This document shows, piece after piece, positions 1-7,221 of a DNA stretch of 20,000 nucleotides; the stretch's first letter is position 1, and each line of letters begins with the position of its first letter. The stretch is taken from the IMG/VR virus record IMGVR_UViG_3300020034_000011. One strand, given 5' to 3'. The notes beneath the pieces were generated by a model. It was not told the origin of the DNA. It ran no database searches and saw nothing but the letters and a program-made list of their open reading frames with translations. The stretch is from an uncultured virus (IMG/VR IMGVR_UViG_3300020034_000011) (lineage: Duplodnaviria; Heunggongvirae; Uroviricota; Caudoviricetes). A program made the position numbers and the translations under genes.

Positions 1-156
1 ACCGTTACGCAAGAGCGAGAGCTCAAGATCATGGCGGAATCGCCTGCGGACGCAATTCGTCTGTCTGAGGTGCATTTCAGCGCAAGCGTTGACAACACCG
101 CCGAGGAGCTCAAGAAGCCCGAGATCACGAGCGTTCAGGCGCGCAAGGACTACTGA
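1..156 (+). CDS. Hypothetical phage protein, 5'-truncated
   Basis: Open frame 1 from the window edge (TVTQERELKIMAESPADAIR...ARKDY) to TGA at 154-156. Confidence 0.7.
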   Translation, partial: TVTQERELKIMAESPADAIRLSEVHFSASVDNTAEELKKPEITSVQARKDY

Positions 157-161
157 GTCCG

Positions 162-389
162 ATGGGGATCAAGAACATCAAGGTCCTCTTCAATCACGAT
201 CTGACTGTTGACAACAGTCATTTACGACAAGTTGCGGACGCACACATGGCCGCTCTCGTCAGAGCTCACCGCCGCGGACATCATCCGTACGGGAGCATGC
301 GACGGGACTGCCCACTGTGCCAGAGTCCGCTTGATCAAGGAGAAGTTCGTGTCACGCCACGTAGTCGACAAGACCGAGGACGCGCGTAA
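162..389 (+). CDS. Hypothetical protein with CxxC motif
   Basis: ATG directly after the previous stop; contains HH..CPLC; overlaps the next gene by ~40 bp. Confidence 0.5.
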   Translation: MGIKNIKVLFNHDLTVDNSHLRQVADAHMAALVRAHRRGHHPYGSMRRDCPLCQSPLDQGEVRVTPRSRQDRGRA

Positions 390-609
390 GTACGTCTTCG
401 GGTGGGATCAGTCACTCCAGAGTTATTTCCTGCAGGTCCATCACCTGGATGCTCCAGAGGATGATCAGATCCAGGTGTGGCTGGGTGCCGACAAGGACAC
501 CCAGTTGTACGAGCTCGAGGACTTCATCCGGGAGGCTCGCAAGCATGGGTTGACGGTGAACCACGATCTTCGGCGTCAGTTGTACAAAGATCGCGATGAG
601 GGGCTCTGA
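349..609 (+). CDS. Hypothetical phage protein
   Basis: GTG at 349 after AAGGAG; contains GWDxxLQSYFLQV; stop overlaps the next ATG. Confidence 0.7.
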   Translation: MSRHVVDKTEDARKYVFGWDQSLQSYFLQVHHLDAPEDDQIQVWLGADKDTQLYELEDFIREARKHGLTVNHDLRRQLYKDRDEGL

Positions 610-860
610 TGAATCACACCACGGAAAGCGCTCTTCGCTCTGAGTTGTCGAAGACCTTGGGCGAGATCGACAAGTCGATGGCGGTGGTTCGTCACGCTGC
701 TGAGGCCAATGGTCTCAGGCCCGAGTTGATGGTCGATGAGCGAGGGTCTTCGCGTTGGGCTCCTCTGGTGGTTGCCCGTGCGTCAATCCTGACCACCTTT
801 GTCCAGCTTGAACTTCGCATTGAAGAGCGAGCTGAAGCGCGGAAGAGGAGGAAAGGGTGA
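609..860 (+). CDS. Hypothetical protein
   Basis: Translationally coupled on both sides (TGATG, GTGA). Confidence 0.7.
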   Translation: MNHTTESALRSELSKTLGEIDKSMAVVRHAAEANGLRPELMVDERGSSRWAPLVVARASILTTFVQLELRIEERAEARKRRKG

Positions 861-1153
861 CCGAGCAGGAAGGCACGTGGTTGGACGATGGTCGGACCTT
901 CATCCCCAAGGACGTCATGGACGAAGCCATGGCGCGCGCAGAAGGCAAGACCGTTCCTCTGAAGGATCGACCTGGCGGAGAGGTCATCGGTACCGCCAAG
1001 ATCGTGAAGGGTCAATGTCAAATCACAGTCACTGACCCAGAAGCAAAGAAGGTAGTGGATGAGATGCTGCGCTTCCCCCTCACTGGGTTCAGCATCGGTA
1101 TGGTTGATCCACCCAAGTTCGAAAAAACCCCAGAAGGAGAACAGAATGGCTGA
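857..1153 (+). CDS. Hypothetical protein
   Basis: GTGA overlap with the upstream gene; GAGGA RBS. Confidence 0.7.
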   Translation: MTEQEGTWLDDGRTFIPKDVMDEAMARAEGKTVPLKDRPGGEVIGTAKIVKGQCQITVTDPEAKKVVDEMLRFPLTGFSIGMVDPPKFEKTPEGEQNG

Positions 1154-1643
1154 CGAAAAGAAGACCGTGCTGCTCAAGGGTGCGCGACTCATCTTCAAGA
1201 ACCTCAAGGGCGCATCCGGTCCATACAATCGGGAAGGCGACCGCAACTTCGGCGTGATCATTCCCGACCCGGCGATCGCAGAGCAGATGCTTGCCGACGG
1301 CTGGAACATCAAGTACCTCAAGCCCAGCCAGGAAGAGGAAGAGGCCGGTCTGGAGAAGGGTCCGCCGTGGCTGCAAGTCAAGGCTGGTTACGGCAAGGGC
1401 AAGCCGCCGAAGATCGTGATGATCTCCTCTCAGGGTGAGACCGTGCTGACCGATGAGACGGTCGAGACGCTCGATATCGCCGACATCACCAACGTCGACA
1501 TCCTCATCAACCCGTACCACTACGACGTGCAGGGCAGTCAGGGAATCTCGGCCTACGTCAAGACGATGATGGTCACCATCGAAGAGGATGAGCTGGAGCT
1601 GGAGTACGCGGCGAGGCGAAACGAGGGACAGACACCAGGTTGA
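1146..1643 (+). CDS. Phage single-stranded DNA-binding protein
   Basis: AAGGAG RBS; ARLIFKNLKG..YNREGDRNF..GWNIKYLKP..GISAYVKTMMVTIEEDELE matches my recollection of the SSB family of these siphoviruses; acidic C-terminus. Confidence 0.75.
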   Translation: MADEKKTVLLKGARLIFKNLKGASGPYNREGDRNFGVIIPDPAIAEQMLADGWNIKYLKPSQEEEEAGLEKGPPWLQVKAGYGKGKPPKIVMISSQGETVLTDETVETLDIADITNVDILINPYHYDVQGSQGISAYVKTMMVTIEEDELELEYAARRNEGQTPG

Positions 1644-1759
1644 TCTGGTTCTTTGTTGGTATGGCGCTAGGCACCACCCTACTGCTGAACATATTCATCG
1701 TCTGGCTTCTGTGGTGGTACACCAAGAGAACTCATCGTGAGGCGAGAAGAGAGGACTAG
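1640..1759 (+). CDS. Small membrane protein (39 aa)
   Basis: TTGA overlap; hydrophobic MIWFFVGMALGTTLLLNIFIVWLLWW followed by a basic tail. Confidence 0.55.
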   Translation: MIWFFVGMALGTTLLLNIFIVWLLWWYTKRTHREARRED

Positions 1760-1839
1760 TGATCGCAGGCTCAATTATCATGCTGGTGGGAATCCTCGTC
1801 GGATTCATTTTAGCCAGCATCAGTTCAAGTAACTCGTAA
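1759..1839 (+). CDS. Small membrane peptide (26 aa)
   Basis: GAGGA RBS, TAGTG overlap; MIAGSIIMLVGILVGFILASISSSNS. Confidence 0.45.
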   Translation: MIAGSIIMLVGILVGFILASISSSNS

Positions 1840-1867
1840 TCGAGAGAGGGACGGGAAACACACATAT

Positions 1868-2713
1868 ATGATCACGATGAAGAAATTCGTTCGCAAGCCG
1901 CTTTACGTGGAAGCGGTGCGTATCACCCGGGACAACTTCGAAGAGATGGCGACGTACTGCCAGGGTGATATCCGTTTCGATCCCAAGGGCAAGGGGTCGC
2001 GGAAGAAGTACATCCACGTCCGGGTGCACAACCCCAAGAACGAGCGCCAGAAGACGGCGTTTGTCGGTGACTGGCTGCTCTACACCGAGACGGGGTACAA
2101 GGTCTACACGAACAAGGCCTTCAACCTGGCGTTCGATCTCGCCGAGGGCTTCGCCGACCTGGTAGAAGAGGCTCGCGCAACGGGGAACGTGGAGCTCCCT
2201 GGCGCTGAGGAGGAGATCGAAGACGAGGTGATCGAGACTCCGCCTGACGTTGGGGTCGACGCGTTTGCGCAGCCGAATGCGCGTCTGGATGTAACAACGG
2301 GTAAGGACTCGACGGCAATCCTCGGCGAGCCGTTGGATGAGCCGTACGAGGAGACGGCGATCCCTCAGCCGAATGAGGTGGCTGTGGATGAGTCCGACAG
2401 CGAGAAGGTACGTGTTCCGCCTCCGGCAGATGCAGGAGGAATGGCAGGATATTCCACCACAGTGCCTTCGGATGCAGTTTCCGAGATGAAGAAGGCCAAG
2501 GCGCTTATCGAAGCCGAGGGTGGGTCGGTCGAGGAGGCCACGCCGGAGGGGATTGCCGACGCGGTGAATCAGGCGAATGCGGCGCGTCTGGCCGCAGAGG
2601 CTGCCGGGAAGAGGGTTCTCTCCGAAGAGGAACAGAAGACGATGGACTCGGACGAGATTCGAGCGTTGCTGGAGTCGGGAGAAGTTGTCCTCGCACAAGA
2701 CCTTGCGGCCTGA
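1868..2713 (+). CDS. Phage protein with conserved N-terminal domain (FVRKP..VEAV..GDW) and long acidic low-complexity tail
   Basis: KKFVRKPLYVEAVRIT...AFVGDWLLYTETGYKVY resembles a widespread phage domain; the C-terminal region is E/D/P/A-rich. Confidence 0.75.
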   Translation: MITMKKFVRKPLYVEAVRITRDNFEEMATYCQGDIRFDPKGKGSRKKYIHVRVHNPKNERQKTAFVGDWLLYTETGYKVYTNKAFNLAFDLAEGFADLVEEARATGNVELPGAEEEIEDEVIETPPDVGVDAFAQPNARLDVTTGKDSTAILGEPLDEPYEETAIPQPNEVAVDESDSEKVRVPPPADAGGMAGYSTTVPSDAVSEMKKAKALIEAEGGSVEEATPEGIADAVNQANAARLAAEAAGKRVLSEEEQKTMDSDEIRALLESGEVVLAQDLAA

Positions 2714-2735
2714 GCCGTAAGAAGGAGGCAGGGGA

Positions 2736-3065
2736 ATGACGGACCAGCACAACGAGAAGCAAACCGCGCCTGATCGGTCATACAGCCAGCGGATGGACGC
2801 ATTGACGACGGCAAACGTAATTCGGATGTATCGCGCAAAGCTCAAGCGGAATGTCAAAGCTCAGCGCGTATCACTCCTTAGCCTGTTGCTCGACCCACCG
2901 GAGGAGATCGAGACCATGAAGGTCTTTGATCTTTTGGTTTCCGCTCCGAAGTACGGTCGCGTGAAGGCAAACAAGATGCTGCAGACCTGTCGGATCTCCC
3001 CATCAAAGACGGTTGGTGGGTTGAGTGACCGGCAGCGAGCAGAGCTCGTCAGTAAACTGGGATAA
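2736..3065 (+). CDS. mihF: Actinobacterial integration host factor (mIHF/sIHF, H2TH fold) homolog
   Basis: QRMDAL..AN.IR..RAKLKR..K...MKVFDLL.SAPKYGRVKA.K.L..CRISPSKTVGGLS.RQR.EL is the mIHF signature; AAGGAGG RBS. Confidence 0.85.
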   Translation: MTDQHNEKQTAPDRSYSQRMDALTTANVIRMYRAKLKRNVKAQRVSLLSLLLDPPEEIETMKVFDLLVSAPKYGRVKANKMLQTCRISPSKTVGGLSDRQRAELVSKLG

Positions 3066-3074
3066 CTTCCCTAT

Positions 3075-3153
3075 CTGGTATAGAGCATAGGTACAGGTAG
3101 CATCTGTTTTGAAACAGGACGGTGCAATCCCGTCGACCTATATTCCATACCAG
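3075..3153 (+). ncRNA. Putative structured RNA with tRNA-like T-arm (not a canonical tRNA)
   Basis: 18-bp closing stem 3075-3092/3136-3153 with 2 mismatches; inner hairpin CTGTT-TTGA-AACAG; T-arm-like GACGG-TGCAATC-CCGTC; no D-arm. Confidence 0.45.
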
Positions 3154-3243
3154 CAGTAAGCGGGCACGGAGGTTAGTGGCGCACAGCCGTGGAGCGGGAG
3201 TGGTACCCCGCATGATATTTGCTCATCTATCGAGAGGTATACT

Positions 3244-3723
3244 GTGAACAAGACGAAGTATCTGATCGCTTTGTGTTTGACGGCAATGTTCGCATGGGCA
3301 ACCATGGGCGCGTCTGGTTGTGAGTCTGATGCTGACAAGGTGTCAAAGAACATCAGCACCGATGCTGAGCAGTTCAAGGTCTTGCGCAAGATCGTCGGTA
3401 TCAACGGCATCACCGACAAGGTGGAGTTCGAGGTCGTCGGTCGCTGCTCCTACGAGCACGATGCCGCAAACCAAGAGCTCGTTCTGGTTTGCAAGGAGAC
3501 GGACACGGAGTACAAGAAGCACACCATCGGCTTGTCTGACAACGTGTTCTTCATCTCCACGCAGTTGCAGAACCTCAAGGTGTCGACCTACCGAACGAAG
3601 ATCATCCTCAAGCCGCAGAACCTCATCCCGGACTTGGATCTGGTGACGGGTAAGCAGGAGAGCGACAATCCTCCGTCGTCGGTCACAGTCCCTCCGACGA
3701 CTGAGCCGCTCAAGACGCCTTAG
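3244..3723 (+). CDS. Conserved phage lipoprotein (mycobacteriophage L5/D29 gp64-like)
   Basis: Signal peptide with lipobox-like ASGC, then SDADKVSKNISTDAEQFKVLRKIVGINGITDK..GRCS..YKKH.IGLSDNV, a family common in actinophages. Confidence 0.75.
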   Translation: MNKTKYLIALCLTAMFAWATMGASGCESDADKVSKNISTDAEQFKVLRKIVGINGITDKVEFEVVGRCSYEHDAANQELVLVCKETDTEYKKHTIGLSDNVFFISTQLQNLKVSTYRTKIILKPQNLIPDLDLVTGKQESDNPPSSVTVPPTTEPLKTP

Positions 3724-3863
3724 TGAAGCAGCTCATTTTCGAGATCATCCTTGGGGTGGTCTTGGGGCTGGCGATACTCTTGTTGATTTTTGAAGTCATC
3801 GAGATTCTCGTCATGCTCTTGAGCAATGTTTCTAATCTTGACGGGACACGCCCGTCGCCGTAA
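3723..3863 (+). CDS. Small membrane protein (46 aa)
   Basis: TAGTG overlap; hydrophobic IILGVVLGLAILLLIFEVIEILVMLL. Confidence 0.55.
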   Translation: MKQLIFEIILGVVLGLAILLLIFEVIEILVMLLSNVSNLDGTRPSP

Positions 3864-3865
3864 TT

Positions 3866-3996
3866 CCCGGAGACCAAGCAGCGGCTTCCAGTCGCAGAGC
3901 GGTCGTAGGGTAAATCGGCAACCCTTCTGAGTTGGCCGCAGGAGGTCCAAACCCCGGGTAGTGTCCGGGTACCAACGGGGGTCGGCTCCCGTTGGT
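3866..3996 (+). ncRNA. Putative structured intergenic RNA
   Basis: Several stems: GCGGC/GTCGC; GCGGTCG/TGGCCGC enclosing AGGGT/ACCCT; CCCGG/CCGGG; ACCAACGGG/CCCGTTGGT. Confidence 0.3.
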
Positions 3997-4020
3997 CAGT
4001 CATATTTAGAGGAGGACTCC

Positions 4021-4137
4021 GTGTTCAAGAAGCTGCTCATCCCCGAAGATGGTGCAACGGTCAAGTGGTATCAGTACCCGTTTGCGCTTGGTTATGGCTT
4101 ATGGCAATTGCTCGTGACGAAGCGGAGCGTGGACTGA
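4021..4137 (+). CDS. Small hypothetical protein (38 aa)
   Basis: Strong GAGGAGG RBS, GTG start; TGATG coupling to the next ORF. Confidence 0.55.
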   Translation: MFKKLLIPEDGATVKWYQYPFALGYGLWQLLVTKRSVD

Positions 4138-4349
4138 TGGAAAACATGGAACGCGTGCAAGAGCTCATCCAGCGATCGGCCGATGCGCGTAAAGCGATGC
4201 AAGAAGCCAGAGCAGTCGAAGAGGTAGCTCGCGTCGCTCGTGTGTCTGCGGAGAGCGCTTGCGAAAAGGCTAGCGGCGAACTCGGCAAAGAGATTCGTGG
4301 GCAGGTAGATGCTTTGGTGCCGATCAAGGAAGGCGACAGGGTTTTCTAA
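4137..4349 (+). CDS. Hypothetical coiled-coil protein
   Basis: Coupled ATG; helical A/E/R-rich sequence. Confidence 0.6.
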   Translation: MENMERVQELIQRSADARKAMQEARAVEEVARVARVSAESACEKASGELGKEIRGQVDALVPIKEGDRVF

Positions 4350-4352
4350 TCC

Positions 4353-4390
4353 TCGCGGGAATTTCATTGATTGTAATGAGACCCCTATCT
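4353..4390 (+). promoter_or_regulatory. Candidate phage promoter TCGCG-N16-TAAT followed by TGAGACCCCTATCT
   Basis: Same TCGCG/TAAT spacing at 15934-15958; TGAGACCC also at 4894 and 13587, each shortly before an AAGGA RBS. Confidence 0.5.
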
Positions 4391-4400
4391 AAGGAAACCC

Positions 4401-4568
4401 ATGCTTACCACACTTTTCCGCCGTAGCGCCCACACCGTCCCCACGGTTGATTTGGAGCAGCTCGACCTGGACCTCTTGCGTATCAACTACGCAGGCAACC
4501 CTGTCGCGCAGCTTCACCTCGACCGCATGCAGACGAGTCTGAACGCTTCGCGCAACAAGGCCAAGTAG
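4401..4568 (+). CDS. Small protein (55 aa), probable paralog of 4923-5126
   Basis: AAGGA RBS; contains QLHLDRMQT; flanked by the promoter motif and a terminator. Confidence 0.65.
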   Translation: MLTTLFRRSAHTVPTVDLEQLDLDLLRINYAGNPVAQLHLDRMQTSLNASRNKAK

Positions 4569-4595
4569 CACTGTTCCAGAAGTACCACTCAAAGC

Positions 4596-4626
4596 GAGAG
4601 CCCCTAACACGGGCTCTTTCTTTTTT
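4596..4626 (+). terminator. Intrinsic terminator
   Basis: AGAGCCC-CTAACAC-GGGCTCT followed by a T-tract. Confidence 0.8.
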
Positions 4627-4630
4627 GGGC

Positions 4631-4889
4631 AGGCGGGATGTCTCTCGAGCAGCCACAAAGTAGGTCCTTCTCTATCAAAACGGTATTGGCGGGAATCAGT
4701 ATCGTCATGGACATTTGTGGTTGCTCGAAAGGCATCTCGCCTACGAGTTGGGTAGTGGTCGAACCTTGTACTTCTCCAGTCTGGGCTCCCGCTATCCAAG
4801 TAGTAAGGGCCGGTCGCCGGAAACGATCCCGGCCCTGCAGTAATGAACGGGGCGCTCGGAGGAGTGTGGTCCTCTGGCGCCCCGTTCAT
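4631..4889 (+). ncRNA. Array of four long RNA hairpins (putative small RNA locus)
   Basis: Stems at 4631-4659/4714-4742 (29 bp, 3 G-U, 1 mismatch), 4748-4758/4789-4799, 4806-4836 and 4843-4889. Confidence 0.5.
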
Positions 4890-4922
4890 GTATTGAGACC
4901 CTATCTACTCAAGGAGACTGCC

Positions 4923-5126
4923 ATGGCAGATCATTTCTCCCTTCTGCAGAACTTCTATTACCGCCTGGGGTGCTTAGACGGTGGACAGAAGGTTGTGGAC
5001 GCAACACGCGAAGCGCATCCGGACGATCAAGATTTGCAGCTCAAGCTTGATCGAGTGCAAACCGGTATAGACGAAGAGCGATACGAGATCAGCGAAGCTT
5101 TGGTCTCCATTCCGTTGAGCAACTAG
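4923..5126 (+). CDS. Small protein (67 aa), probable paralog of 4401-4568
   Basis: AAGGAG RBS; contains QLKLDRVQT; preceded by TGAGACCCTATCT. Confidence 0.7.
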   Translation: MADHFSLLQNFYYRLGCLDGGQKVVDATREAHPDDQDLQLKLDRVQTGIDEERYEISEALVSIPLSN

Positions 5127-5134
5127 GAGGCATC

Positions 5135-5398
5135 GTGGACGATCCACTGTACGTCCCACCCTGGGTTCGTAGGTTTGTCAGCTCTACGACCTTCGTTTCG
5201 GGCGCCTTGGTTGGGATCATTGTCTTCGACGTGTTTTACGTCAAGCCGAAGCTCGAGAAGAAGCAAGACGCGAACCGTCAGCTTGTCGACATGGTGAAGA
5301 CCTCAGAGAAGCGCGTGGCCTATCTTGCCGTACTGATGGGCGAACATAATGTTGAACTGGAAGAGTTCGATCTCATCGCACTCAACCGCCTAAGTTAG
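5135..5398 (+). CDS. Membrane-anchored hypothetical protein
   Basis: AGGAGG RBS; TM segment FVSGALVGIIVFDVFYV followed by a coiled coil. Confidence 0.7.
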   Translation: MDDPLYVPPWVRRFVSSTTFVSGALVGIIVFDVFYVKPKLEKKQDANRQLVDMVKTSEKRVAYLAVLMGEHNVELEEFDLIALNRLS

Positions 5399-5412
5399 AG
5401 AAGGGTAGTTTC

Positions 5413-5682
5413 ATGAAAGCCAGACTCGCACGCGTCAAGAAGTACCTGTCCGATCACCGGGCACCGATCGCCTACGGCGCAGGAGTAGTTGCCGGGGCCG
5501 TCCCGACCGCCTACATCCTTTCCAAGAAGTTTGCGACGCCCGACTTCATCCACGTCTTGATCGACATGACCCCAGAGGAGTTGGCGAAGATGTTCGAGGA
5601 GACCGGCGCCGTCGAGTTGCTCGATGTGTCGGCCATGCGAATGATCGTCGTGGAATCTTTGGCGGCGCAGCAGGGCGAGTAG
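5413..5682 (+). CDS. Hypothetical protein with N-terminal hydrophobic segment
   Basis: Basic N-terminus, then IAYGAGVVAGAVPTAYIL; followed by a terminator. Confidence 0.7.
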   Translation: MKARLARVKKYLSDHRAPIAYGAGVVAGAVPTAYILSKKFATPDFIHVLIDMTPEELAKMFEETGAVELLDVSAMRMIVVESLAAQQGE

Positions 5683-5686
5683 TACC

Positions 5687-5717
5687 AAAGAGGAGCCTAA
5701 ACATGGCTTCTCTTTTT
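5687..5717 (+). terminator. Intrinsic terminator
   Basis: AAAGAGGAGCC-TAAACAT-GGCTTCTCTTT plus T run. Confidence 0.8.
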
Positions 5718-5754
5718 GAAATTCAGATATTGGCTTGCCGAAAGGAGGTACTCG

Positions 5755-5991
5755 ATGGCGTATAACCGAGATGGAGAAGAGACGGATTACCGAACTCTGG
5801 CGGATCTGATCGAGGATCTCATGGAGCATCCAGGTGAGCTGTTCTTGTTGGACCGCGGCTGTGAGGCTTTGGTCTATATTGCTGAGCGCGAGGAGATCCT
5901 GCTCATATCTTGTCGCAGTGTGCTGGGATCACGAGAGGTTCGTGAAGAGACGTTGCGCCAAAAGCTCAACCGAATTCTGGAGGAAGAGTGA
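5755..5991 (+). CDS. Hypothetical protein
   Basis: AAAGGAGG RBS before ATG 5755; GTGA overlap with the next gene. Confidence 0.7.
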   Translation: MAYNRDGEETDYRTLADLIEDLMEHPGELFLLDRGCEALVYIAEREEILLISCRSVLGSREVREETLRQKLNRILEEE

Positions 5992-6233
5992 CGTTGACGC
6001 TTGCCCAGGCCGAGGCAGAGATTGCCTGGCTGCTTGCCAAGATCAGCGAGTCGGAAGACTTCATCAATCGTGCTGAGAAGTTCTTTGCTGAAAAGCACCG
6101 TGACTGGTCTGATGAAGCGGTCATAAGCTTTGAGAAGTTTCTCGAGAGAAAGCGCGAGCAGGTGTACTGCGAGCAGACGCTTGTTGAAAAGTTAGGGTGG
6201 AGCGTCGCAATGAACCGCTCCCCAGAAAGTTAG
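5988..6233 (+). CDS. Hypothetical protein
   Basis: Coupled start; GGAGG RBS. Confidence 0.6.
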   Translation: MTLTLAQAEAEIAWLLAKISESEDFINRAEKFFAEKHRDWSDEAVISFEKFLERKREQVYCEQTLVEKLGWSVAMNRSPES

Positions 6234-6244
6234 AGAGGAATCAC

Positions 6245-7141
6245 ATGATCAGTGCTAAGACCGGCGAGGAGATGATCCCCGTTCTCTACGTGGATATCGA
6301 CGACACGATTCGTAAGGGGTACGACACCCTTGGGCGTTTTGTCAACCACCCATCGGATGTCGAAGTCTTTGAAGGTGTTGCGGACCTGCTGTGGAAGTAC
6401 AAGGACTTGGGTTGGCGCATTGTCGGTGTCAGCAACCAAGGTGGTATCACTTTGGGTCATCTCGATCCAGACGACTGCTTTGCTGCGATGATCGAGACCT
6501 CGGTCCAGACGCGCCAGGCGTTCGACAAGCTCATGTGGTGTCAACATCACCCCGACGCGGACACGCCAGAGATGGCGGTCTGTTGGTGCCGTAAACCCAA
6601 GGCGGGTATGGTCATCGAAGCGGCGTTGGCTCTGGCTGAAAAGCACCCCGGAGAGATCTACCCACCACACCTGGGCGTCTTCGTGGGAGATCGTCCAGAA
6701 GATCAGGAGTGCGCGACCAACGCAGGCCTGGCTTTCGTCGACGCTGTTGAATGGCGTGCGGGTAAGCATCTCGAGGTCGCCAAAGAGGGCGCGGCGATTG
6801 AGCGTCATCGGGAGACCGTTATTCGGTCAGTCCAACACGGCGTCATGTCCACCGACGAAGCTCGGGAAGCCTTGGGTATGTCGAGCAAGCTCCCTTCGGA
6901 TTATCTCGATCTCTCGTTGAAGATGACCGGAGTGAAGACCAAGACAGTTCCGGTCTACACGCTGGAAGTCAACGACGAGTTTGTGTTTGACGGGATGCTG
7001 TATGTCGTCACCCACAAGAACGAGCACGAGATCAAGGGTCAACGTCCGTCGCCGTATGTCGGATCGGTCACGTTTTACAAACCGCCGGTGGATGAGGGCC
7101 GTAGCGGTTGGAACACCGAGGTCATCACGGAGGACAACTGA
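6245..7141 (+). CDS. HAD subfamily IIIA phosphatase (GmhB/HisB/polynucleotide 3'-phosphatase-like) with C-terminal extension
   Basis: Motifs VDIDDT, VSNQGG, CQH..CWCRKP (Zn site and catalytic Lys) and VGDRPEDQECATNAG. Confidence 0.85.
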   Translation: MISAKTGEEMIPVLYVDIDDTIRKGYDTLGRFVNHPSDVEVFEGVADLLWKYKDLGWRIVGVSNQGGITLGHLDPDDCFAAMIETSVQTRQAFDKLMWCQHHPDADTPEMAVCWCRKPKAGMVIEAALALAEKHPGEIYPPHLGVFVGDRPEDQECATNAGLAFVDAVEWRAGKHLEVAKEGAAIERHRETVIRSVQHGVMSTDEAREALGMSSKLPSDYLDLSLKMTGVKTKTVPVYTLEVNDEFVFDGMLYVVTHKNEHEIKGQRPSPYVGSVTFYKPPVDEGRSGWNTEVITEDN

Positions 7142-7221
7142 TGGCCGTCATTTACGCGTTGATTGTCGTAAGCATTCTTGTGGCGGCATGGGTGGTGCGC
7201 GACGGTATGAAGAATGACTGA
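7141..7221 (+). CDS. Small membrane peptide (26 aa)
   Basis: GGAGG RBS, TGATG coupling; MAVIYALIVVSILVAAWVV. Confidence 0.5.
   Translation: MAVIYALIVVSILVAAWVVRDGMKND

Noticed and set aside
1820..2857. 345-aa minus-strand ORF and other minus-strand ORFs
   Set aside because: Antisense shadows of well-supported + strand genes in GC-rich DNA; no recognisable motifs
3087..3147. Canonical tRNA gene
   Set aside because: No D-arm, no 7-nt anticodon loop and CCA not at the canonical position; kept only as a tRNA-like element
3244..3723. Recombination directionality factor label recalled for this family
   Set aside because: The signal peptide and lipobox indicate an exported lipoprotein; no integrase in the window
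3895..3970. SAM-I/IV riboswitch (AGAG...CGGCAACC...GGTCCAA)
   Set aside because: Lacks the P1 AUC/AGAU elements, an intact GGUGC and a proper P2; no methionine-related gene downstream
4638..4922. N-terminal extension of the 162-aa ORF
   Set aside because: No RBS, region occupied by hairpins, and a strong RBS at ATG 4923
6836..6885. Portal-like motif GVMSTDEAREALGM
   Set aside because: Too short, and embedded in the phosphatase fusion with no other portal sequence
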